Part shown: positions 20,601-27,640 of the stretch, piece after piece
Position numbering within the stretch: position 1 is the stretch's first letter
Layout of the letters: every line of letters starts with the position of its first letter
DNA from: Mogibacterium sp.
Lineage (GTDB): Bacteria; Bacillota; Clostridia; Peptostreptococcales; Anaerovoracaceae
Assembly (NCBI GenBank): GCA_012840975.1
Contig: DUVP01000031.1
Coordinates: forward strand, 5,432 to 69,431
Direction: 5' to 3'
DNA: 64,000 nucleotides
Translations under genes and position numbers: made by a program
Notes under the pieces: generated by a model
What the model saw: only the letters and a program-made list of their open reading frames with translations
What the model was told of the DNA's origin: nothing
The model's database searches: none

Positions 20601-20648
20601 AACTATTCCTAAAATCATAATTTTGGGAATAGTTATTCATTCCAATAT
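20601..20648. repeat. Near-perfect palindrome (15-bp arms, 4-nt centre) plus a third direct half-site; motif TATTCCNAAAAT three times
   Basis: AACTATTCCTAAAAT-CATA-ATTTTGGGAATAGTT (20601-20634; one T/G position). A third copy, TCATTCCAATAT, is at 20637-20648. It lies in the convergent intergenic gap. Confidence 0.6.
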
Positions 20649-20676
20649 GACTAAGAATGAATAATTTAACAATTCA

Positions 20677-20733
20677 GAACCGAGGCTCTTTACAGTTGGA
20701 TGCAGTTAACTGTAAGAAGCCTCGGCTCTTTTA
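20677..20733 (+). terminator. Strong intrinsic terminator after the ClC gene
   Basis: 22-nt arms AGAACCGAGGCTCTTTACAGTT / AACTGTAAGAAGCCTCGGCTCT (3 mismatches), 10-nt loop, followed by TTTT. Confidence 0.8.
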
Positions 20734-20794
20734 ATAAAAACACACTATTTGGAAACATAGCCCACTAAGGGTTATGAAACCTATTAATTAATAA

Positions 20795-21097
20795 TTAATG
20801 AATTGGTATAAAAAGAATATCTCCCGGATGAAGATCTTCTTCACCTATATCATTCACCTCACGAATTTCATATATATAGTCTCTTATGTCCATACCATTA
20901 GTATGGTATCTCTCTGCAATATTCCAGAGATTACCATCTTCCTCAACAACTACCTGAACATAAGTGTCAAAAGATGTTGCTTGAGCTCTATTATAATTGA
21001 ATAAGCTGTATCCGGCAAAAACAGTTATCATTATTGTAATGAGTATGAATATAAAGAACCTTATCGGTTTAACTATTCTGTAATTACGTCTTTTCAT
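20795..21097 (-). CDS. YneA-like SOS-inducible cell-division inhibitor (N-terminal TM helix plus C-terminal LysM)
   Basis: 100 aa from ATG 21097 (RBS GGAAGGTG). TM segment IRFFIFILITIMITVFAGY. LysM segment VVEEDGNLWNIAERY...LHPGDILFIP. Three LexA boxes lie upstream. Confidence 0.7.
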   Translation of the reverse strand: MKRRNYRIVKPIRFFIFILITIMITVFAGYSLFNYNRAQATSFDTYVQVVVEEDGNLWNIAERYHTNGMDIRDYIYEIREVNDIGEEDLHPGDILFIPIH

Positions 21098-21116
21098 TTT
21101 GTTCACCTTCCTTCGA

Positions 21117-21188
21117 CGAACATCTGTTCTTAAATAGATTATAAACAAATGTTCTTATAATGTCAACAAAAAAATGAACAAAGGTTCG
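21117..21188 (-). promoter_or_regulatory. SOS-regulated promoter: TTGACA-17 nt-TATAAT with three LexA (Cheo) boxes
   Basis: On the minus strand, -35 TTGACA is at 21161-21166 and -10 TATAAT at 21138-21143. The boxes are CGAACATCTGTTCT (21117-21130), AAACAAATGTTC (21143-21154, in the spacer) and TGAACAAAGGTTCG (21175-21188). Confidence 0.75.
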
Positions 21189-21202
21189 ATAAATTTTAAG
21201 AA

Positions 21203-21691
21203 TTAATCTTTTGTCAAATCAGCAAAATTCGCTTTAATGAAAGCAGCTAATTCCAAGGGGTTCATGATGATCTGAGCTCCCCTTTTACCTGCAGAAAAAT
21301 AAATTTCATCAAATAAAATTGCCGTCTCATCTATATATGTAGGGTAATTTTTCTTCATACCTATAGGAGAACACCCTCCCCTAAGATAACCTGTGAGATC
21401 AAGAATTTCTTTAAGATGGATCATTTCGATTTTTTTATTGCCTGAAACGGCTGCAGCTTTTTTAAAATCGAGATTTCCACTTACAGGAATAAGAAAAACA
21501 TATAACGCATTATTGTCACCACGTGTTATAAGAGTCTTAAAGATTTCATCTTTTGATACTCCAAGCTCTTCTGCTGCATGATCTCCGGAAAGATCGTTTT
21601 CATTATATGCATATTCAGAGGTTTTATACTTTAACCCATTGCTCTCTAAGAGCCTCATGGCATTAGTTTTGGTAGAAGATGGTTTAGACAT
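21203..21691 (-). CDS. ybaK: Cys-tRNA(Pro)/Cys-tRNA(Cys) deacylase YbaK (aminoacyl-tRNA editing domain)
   Basis: TNAMRLLESNGLKYKTSEY...FKTLI...GGCSPIGMKK is the YbaK/EbsC signature. ATG 21691 follows GGAGGAG. Confidence 0.85.
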   Translation of the reverse strand: MSKPSSTKTNAMRLLESNGLKYKTSEYAYNENDLSGDHAAEELGVSKDEIFKTLITRGDNNALYVFLIPVSGNLDFKKAAAVSGNKKIEMIHLKEILDLTGYLRGGCSPIGMKKNYPTYIDETAILFDEIYFSAGKRGAQIIMNPLELAAFIKANFADLTKD

Positions 21692-22400
21692 TTTTACTCC
21701 TCCCACGTTCTTCTATACGATCAAAGAAGTTATATATCGATTGTCTTTTTGAAAAGAAGAAAATCAGTATGATTCCTGTAATAAGTGAAAGTATACCAAT
21801 AGCGACGTAGTTGTTTGTTTTAAGAAAATGTCCGAGGAGCAAACTTCCGAACATTGCAGGAGTTCTTCCAAGTGTTGAAATAAAAATAAAAGAGTAGATA
21901 TTCATATCGGAAATTCCGGCAGCGTATCCCAGTATATCTTTAGGCAGCCCGGGTATAAAGTAAATCAAGAATAAAATTGTAAGACCTTTACCCGAGTTAA
22001 GTTTTTTTCTATAATAGTCAATTTTCTCGTTATTAAATAAAGTTGATATTGCTTCTCTACCAAGGACTTTAGCGAGATAAAATGTTATGATTGAGCCTAT
22101 TATTGCTCCCACAATGGATAAAATATATCCTTTTAAAACACCGAATATATAGCTTCCGGCAAATTGTATCGGCTGACCGGGAAGAAAACATATAATTATT
22201 TGAAATATTTGTAATCCTATAATAATAAAAGCAGCTTCATTCTTATACCTATTGAGAAAAATAGGAAGTTCTTGAGTAAGCCAGGCGCTATTTAAGAGAG
22301 TATCCCTATATTTAATGAGTATTATTAAAGGAATACCTATCAAAATAAACCCCAGGAGGACTAATCTAAATATTAAAAATATTTTTCTTTTCTTTTCCAT
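21684..22400 (-). CDS. TVP38/TMEM64 (DedA-related, SNARE-associated) family membrane protein
   Basis: Polytopic membrane protein with FLPGQPIQFAGSYIFG and FIPGLPKDILGYAAGIS motifs. Confidence 0.8.
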   Translation of the reverse strand: MEKKRKIFLIFRLVLLGFILIGIPLIILIKYRDTLLNSAWLTQELPIFLNRYKNEAAFIIIGLQIFQIIICFLPGQPIQFAGSYIFGVLKGYILSIVGAIIGSIITFYLAKVLGREAISTLFNNEKIDYYRKKLNSGKGLTILFLIYFIPGLPKDILGYAAGISDMNIYSFIFISTLGRTPAMFGSLLLGHFLKTNNYVAIGILSLITGIILIFFFSKRQSIYNFFDRIEERGRSKNV

Positions 22401-22411
22401 ACGCCTGAATA

Positions 22412-23707
22412 TTAAAGTTCAATCATTCCCTTCTTAAAAAGCCAATCGAGACTTTTGATCAGTCCGAATCGTGAATGTTCGTAGGTCAATCCACCCTGAA
22501 AGTATGCAATATAAGGTTCTCTTAACGGTGCATCAGCACTTAATTCAATAGAAGAACCCTGTACAAAAGAGCCGGAAGCCATTATGACCTGATCCTGATA
22601 GCCGGGCATTTCCCAAGGAACAGGCGTTACATAAGAGTCGATCGGTGATGCAGCCTGGATAGCCTGGCAAAATGTTACAGTTTTGTCCGGATCAAGGAAT
22701 TTTATTCCCTGGATTATATCGCTTCTGTGGGACATAGCTTTAGGCATCACCTCATAACCAAAATCATGGAATATAAGTCCTGTAAGCATAGCTCCCTTTA
22801 CAGCTGCGTTAACTACTTGAGGAGCGAGAAACAAACCTTGCAGAACTCCCCTGTTTTGACCATAGGTAAGCCCGCAATCGGCACCTATTCCGGGGCAAGT
22901 AAGTCTATTAGCTATTCTGTCTATTAAATCTTTTCTGCCGACTATGTATCCGCCGGTGAGAGCGATCCCCCCACCCGGATTTTTAATAAGAGAACCTGCC
23001 ATAACATCTACACCGAATTCAGTAGGTTCATAAAAATCAACAAATTCACCATAACAGTTATCGAGCATGACAATGATATCAGGGTTGATTGAATGAACCA
23101 TTTCAGTCACAGTTCTGAGGTTTTCTAAAGAAATAGCAGGTCTCCAATCGTATCCGGTGGATCGTTGCATGGCGACTACCGTGGTCTTGTCGGTTATTGA
23201 AGCTTTTATTGCTTCGAGGTCGACATCAAGATCCTTAAGGGGAACTTCTATATATACAACACCGTAGTCAAGAATAGTTCCCTCAAATTTGTTACTGTAT
23301 TTACCTATGACAGTTTCAAGTGTGTCATAAGGCTTTCCGGTTGCTTCAACAAACTCATCACCGGGTTTTAATATTCCGTACAATGTTGAAGCTATAGCAT
23401 GTGTACCGTTTACTATATTAGGCCTAACCAAAGCCGCTTCCGTCTTAAAAACGGAAGAATATACTCTTTCAACGGCATCTCTTCCCGAATCACCATATCC
23501 ATATCCTGTACTCCAGTCAAAGTGAGTTGCATTTATATTGTTATCTTGAAAAGCTTTCAGGATTTTAAGCTGACAGACGGCGGAAATATCGTCGGCTTCC
23601 TTGTATCTGTCTGCAAGCTTTTCCTCAGCGTTGTTTACAATTTTAATTATTTCAGGTGATATACTGAAGTCTTTTATCAGATGTTCAGCGTATTTACTGT
23701 TTATCAT
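22412..23707 (-). CDS. ynbB: Aluminium-resistance/YnbB family PLP-dependent protein (Met_gamma_lyase-like)
   Basis: 431 aa. ...VNGTHAIA...DNCYGEF...AGSLIKNPGGGIA... (PLP-lysine context). Typical neighbour of miaA/hfq operons in Firmicutes. Confidence 0.8.
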   Translation of the reverse strand: MINSKYAEHLIKDFSISPEIIKIVNNAEEKLADRYKEADDISAVCQLKILKAFQDNNINATHFDWSTGYGYGDSGRDAVERVYSSVFKTEAALVRPNIVNGTHAIASTLYGILKPGDEFVEATGKPYDTLETVIGKYSNKFEGTILDYGVVYIEVPLKDLDVDLEAIKASITDKTTVVAMQRSTGYDWRPAISLENLRTVTEMVHSINPDIIVMLDNCYGEFVDFYEPTEFGVDVMAGSLIKNPGGGIALTGGYIVGRKDLIDRIANRLTCPGIGADCGLTYGQNRGVLQGLFLAPQVVNAAVKGAMLTGLIFHDFGYEVMPKAMSHRSDIIQGIKFLDPDKTVTFCQAIQAASPIDSYVTPVPWEMPGYQDQVIMASGSFVQGSSIELSADAPLREPYIAYFQGGLTYEHSRFGLIKSLDWLFKKGMIEL

Positions 23708-23758
23708 TGTTGTTATCCATATTTGTTATTATTTATATTATATTAATTATATATTAGA

Positions 23759-24904
23759 TTATTTATCATCCGTTCTTTCGAGTTCCCACTCCATATCGTT
23801 GACAAGATCTCGTTTTACGTTCATTTTGTGTTTTGCATAAAGCTGTGTTGTTGTCACCTGTTCATGATCCAGTAAAGCCTGAACATCATATATTGAATTT
23901 CCTCTACCAATAAGTGAAGTTGCTGCTGTTGCTCTCAGTTTATGCGGACTGTAGCCGGATTTCCTTGTTGTGTTAAGAGCGATCGATGTATATTTCTTAA
24001 CCAGATCTCTGACAGCGCGTTCAGTAATTCTTTTGCCCTGAAGTGACAAAAACAAAGCATCCTCATGGGCATTATTTTGGATTATAACGTTATTTCTTTC
24101 ATTCTTGAGGTAATCATTGACAACAAGGGTTACAGACTTGTTAAGAGGCATTATAGACTCTTTTCCTCTTTTCCGGAAAATTTTAAATTCACCTCTTGAG
24201 AAATTAAATGATGATACGTTCAGCTGCTGAAGTTCGCTGAGCCTAAGACCATATGTAATAAAAAGTACAAGTATAGCCTTGTCGCGAAGTTTAGTTTTTT
24301 CCCAGTAAACTCTTTCGTGTGAAGTCAGATTTTTTCCGTTCGAAACAGCATCCAGCATTATCATTACTTCATCGTCTTGAAGAGCCTTTACTTCCCTCTC
24401 CCCCGGTTTCGCAACCTTAATGGGATCAAATCCGTCTGTAATATTTTTTTCGACAATACCATCACGATAAAGCTGTTTAAAAAGAACCGATATAGAAGAT
24501 TTTTTGCGTGCGAGAGACGGATTACTGTTCTCATAAACGGTAACAGTTTCTCCGTCATCCACTATATATTTACGGCAGAAGTCGATGAAGAGATTGATAT
24601 CCTGAGATACAATTTTATTAATTTCATCGGAAGAAATATCCTTGATTATTTCTGCTTGAGTGAGATCGGTTTCATTGATGAGATAATTAAAGAAAAACCT
24701 TATATCGTTAAGGTAGGCCAATCGTGTCATAGGAAGTACATTGCCTTTTAGATACGAAAAATATGACCTTAGAAAAGAAGGCAGTTCATTTTGTATGGCT
24801 TCGCATGCCATATATATATCATTCTCCTTCTTTACTATGTTATCAGGTTTGTCACTTTTATTATGTATCCTGAATTCTTTATTGTCGTAAGTTTTTTTGC
24901 TCAT
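23759..24904 (-). CDS. Tyrosine site-specific recombinase, long XerS-like architecture (381 aa)
   Basis: Catalytic signature is intact: GLRLSEL (Arg I), HKLRATAAT (His-x-x-Arg), LLDHEQVTTTQLY (His...Tyr). A long N-terminal core-binding domain has LPSFLRSYFSYL...RLAYLNDIRFFFNYL. The gene sits 11 nt after miaA and 51 nt before ynbB. Confidence 0.85.
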   Translation of the reverse strand: MSKKTYDNKEFRIHNKSDKPDNIVKKENDIYMACEAIQNELPSFLRSYFSYLKGNVLPMTRLAYLNDIRFFFNYLINETDLTQAEIIKDISSDEINKIVSQDINLFIDFCRKYIVDDGETVTVYENSNPSLARKKSSISVLFKQLYRDGIVEKNITDGFDPIKVAKPGEREVKALQDDEVMIMLDAVSNGKNLTSHERVYWEKTKLRDKAILVLFITYGLRLSELQQLNVSSFNFSRGEFKIFRKRGKESIMPLNKSVTLVVNDYLKNERNNVIIQNNAHEDALFLSLQGKRITERAVRDLVKKYTSIALNTTRKSGYSPHKLRATAATSLIGRGNSIYDVQALLDHEQVTTTQLYAKHKMNVKRDLVNDMEWELERTDDK

Positions 24905-24915
24905 ATTTAATATAT

Positions 24916-25833
24916 TTAGTATTTAAGTATTTCATTTGATATTTGATCAACGTTATCATTTTTATGTGTTTCAAGATTAACGGAAAAGTCATATCTTTTC
25001 AGCCAAGTCAATTGTCTTTTAGCATAATGCCTTGTGTTGGTCATTATTTCTGAGACGGCTTCCCTTAGGTTAGATCTTCCTTCTATATATTCAATCATTT
25101 CTTTATATCCAATTGCTTTAAGAGCAGGAGTTTCTGATGTATATCCTAATTTAAGGAGAGTACGGACCTCCTGTTCAAGACCGTTTTTAACCAAAATAAG
25201 AACCCTTTTATTGATACGTTCATATAAATCCTGACGATCCATAGATATAGAAAAAAGTTTAAAATCATATTTCGTATTAACAGGACATTCTGATAGAGGT
25301 TTAATAGAGTTACCGGATTCATATGCCTCAATAGCTCTTATAATCTTTCGAAGATTATTCGGATGAATTCGTGAAGCGGATTCAGGGTCTATTGCGGTCA
25401 GATAATGATGCATATACTCATTGCTGTTTTCTGCAGCCATATTCTCAAGCTCCTTACGCCTTTCAAGATTACCCTGATAGCCTGCAAAATCCATTTTATA
25501 TAGTATCGAATTAAGATAAAGCCCCGTCCCTCCACAGATTATAGGTGTTTTATCACGTGATAGGATATCGTCTATAACTGTCAAAGCAAGCTTTTGATAT
25601 GTTGCAACTGTCATATTATAGTCGGGATTCACTATGGAATAGAGATGGTGCTTAACAGTCGACATTTCCGCTTCCGATGGTTTTGCACTGCCGATATCCA
25701 TATGATTATATAATTGAATAGAATCACAATTAACTATTTCACCGTTGATTTTCTGTGCAAGGCTATATGCAATTTTGCTTTTACCAACTGCTGTAGGGCC
25801 GGTAATAATATAAACTGTGTTATTCTTCGACAT
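24916..25833 (-). CDS. miaA: tRNA dimethylallyltransferase
   Basis: P-loop ITGPTAVGKS, QLYNHMDIGSAKP and ICGGTGLY. Confidence 0.96.
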   Translation of the reverse strand: MSKNNTVYIITGPTAVGKSKIAYSLAQKINGEIVNCDSIQLYNHMDIGSAKPSEAEMSTVKHHLYSIVNPDYNMTVATYQKLALTVIDDILSRDKTPIICGGTGLYLNSILYKMDFAGYQGNLERRKELENMAAENSNEYMHHYLTAIDPESASRIHPNNLRKIIRAIEAYESGNSIKPLSECPVNTKYDFKLFSISMDRQDLYERINKRVLILVKNGLEQEVRTLLKLGYTSETPALKAIGYKEMIEYIEGRSNLREAVSEIMTNTRHYAKRQLTWLKRYDFSVNLETHKNDNVDQISNEILKY

Positions 25834-25843
25834 TATTTTACCT

Positions 25844-27640
25844 CTATCTACGTCTAAAAGACTGTTCTATTTCATATTTAGTGACTTTGAAGAATGTCGG
25901 CCTGCCGTGAGGACAACTGAATGGATTTTCACATCTGGAAAGACTTTCTACTAGTTCCTTGATTTCAAGTTCGGATAACTTATCGTTAGCCTTAACAGCC
26001 GATTTACAGGATTTTAAGATAAGTTTATCTATGACAATCCGGTTGTCAATATCGGTTATTTCATTAAGAGTATCAAGGTATGCAGATACAAACCTCTCTG
26101 CTTCTTCTTTTGTCATATAAGCAGGAATTCCTCTGACAATGAATGAATTGACGCCAAAATCGCTTATATCATAACCCATTTTAGTTAAAGTATAAATCCA
26201 GTCTCTATCAATATTATACACATCAGCACTAACCCACAATGTGAAGGGTTTAAGAATAGGTTGCGGTAATTGTTCTGATTTTTTGAAGTTTTTGATAAAG
26301 TTTTCATAAAAAATTCTTTCATGAGCTGCATGTTGATCGATTAGATATATGGTATCTTTCGCCTGCATAATGATATATGTATCGAATATATATCCTTTGA
26401 GTATCAATTCATCAAAATTAAAAGTGCTTGTTGATATAGATTGATTTACAAGGGGTTCTGTATTGGTATTAAATGACGGTTTATAATTTAAGGAAGGTTT
26501 TTTATAAACCTCAATGTCTTCCCCTGTTGCAGAATATGTATCCGAGAGATCCATTTGATTATCCCGATTCAGTCCTTGAAGATATTCTCGTATATCCACA
26601 GGGACAGTTATGTCCTGATTTATAGATTCTTGATATTGAGATAAATGAAGTGATTTCACAGTAGGGACAGCTTCTTCTGTATTCATAACCGATGCTATGG
26701 CATCTGCCACAAGAGTGATTATTTCTTTCTGATTAAGAAATTTAATTTCTTTTTTTCCCGGATGGATATTCACATCTATAGTGTCAGGTTCAATATCAAT
26801 GAAGAGTATTGCAATAGGAAATCCCTGAAATATCCTGTCACCATATCCTTTTTCTATTCCTTTGTTAATATCTTCACTGTGGACTAATCTTCCATTAACA
26901 AAGAATAATTGCCCTCTTCTTGTCGATTGAGTTGTACCCGGATCAGATATAAATCCTTGTATACCTTTACCTGCAACAGGTATAAGATTAGCATATTCTT
27001 TGTTCGGATATGCTCGTTTTATTGCCGATAAAGTATCACCGCCCCCATCGGTGTTAAAAATGCTTGTTCCATTGTTTAATAAAGAAAATCTTATATTTGA
27101 ATAACGAATAGCATATTGTTGAACAAGATCGATAACAGCTGCAGCTTCACGTGCATCGGTACCCATAAATTTTCGTCTTGCAGGAGTATTATAAAAAAGC
27201 TCTTCAATAATTATTGTAGTTCCAATATTGGTGCCTACAGCTTCTCTGGAAAAAATACGACCCCCATGCAAAATTAATTTTGTGCCGGAAGTCTCTTTTT
27301 CGGTACGTGTTACTATTGTCAGTCTCGAAACGGCAGATATACTTGCAAGTGCTTCTCCTCTGAAGCCTAATGAAGTTATATTATCCAGGTCGCTGACAGA
27401 AGCCAGTTTACTGGTTGCATGTCTTAAGAAAGCTGTTTCTGTTTCTTCTGACGGAATCCCGGATCCGTCATCCGTAACTCTAATATATGATTTGCCACCA
27501 TTTCTTATTTCGATTATTAGAGAATCCGCTCCGGCATCAATAGAGTTTTCAATTAATTCTTTAACAACGGAAACAGGTCTTTCAATTACTTCCCCTGCTG
27601 CAATTTTGTCCGCAATAAAGCTATCAAGCACTCTAATCAA
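25844..27640 (-). CDS. mutL: DNA mismatch repair protein MutL
   Basis: IAAGEVIERPVSVVKELIENSIDAG, the GHKL ATPase GFRGEAL, and C-terminal CPHGRPT. The likely start is TTG 27640, 6 nt after GGAGGTG. The TTG at 27655 lies within that RBS. Confidence 0.95.
   Translation of the reverse strand: MIRVLDSFIADKIAAGEVIERPVSVVKELIENSIDAGADSLIIEIRNGGKSYIRVTDDGSGIPSEETETAFLRHATSKLASVSDLDNITSLGFRGEALASISAVSRLTIVTRTEKETSGTKLILHGGRIFSREAVGTNIGTTIIIEELFYNTPARRKFMGTDAREAAAVIDLVQQYAIRYSNIRFSLLNNGTSIFNTDGGGDTLSAIKRAYPNKEYANLIPVAGKGIQGFISDPGTTQSTRRGQLFFVNGRLVHSEDINKGIEKGYGDRIFQGFPIAILFIDIEPDTIDVNIHPGKKEIKFLNQKEIITLVADAIASVMNTEEAVPTVKSLHLSQYQESINQDITVPVDIREYLQGLNRDNQMDLSDTYSATGEDIEVYKKPSLNYKPSFNTNTEPLVNQSISTSTFNFDELILKGYIFDTYIIMQAKDTIYLIDQHAAHERIFYENFIKNFKKSEQLPQPILKPFTLWVSADVYNIDRDWIYTLTKMGYDISDFGVNSFIVRGIPAYMTKEEAERFVSAYLDTLNEITDIDNRIVIDKLILKSCKSAVKANDKLSELEIKELVESLSRCENPFSCPHGRPTFFKVTKYEIEQSFRRR

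Noticed and set aside
20633-20664. Second hairpin TTATTCATTC-N12-GAATGAATAA as an independent regulatory element
   Set aside because: It is an AT-rich 10-bp stem with no U-tract. It overlaps the end of the larger palindrome and contains the third half-site, so I treat it as part of that element rather than a separate feature.
20755-20782. Possible canonical XerCD dif: TTATGAAACCT (20772-20782) matches 9 of 11 positions of the Firmicutes XerD arm TTATGTAAACT
   Set aside because: The preceding 17 nt (ACATAGCCCACTAAGGG) show no A/T-rich 6-bp centre. They also lack the XerC arm ending in ...ATAA that a real 28-bp dif requires. This is most likely a chance match in AT-rich DNA.
23708-24915. Integrase as the marker of a prophage, ICE or genomic island
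   Set aside because: There are no phage, conjugation or cargo genes on either side. The flanks are miaA and ynbB, with gaps of 11 and 51 nt. I saw no adjacent tRNA, no obvious direct repeats and no compositional break.
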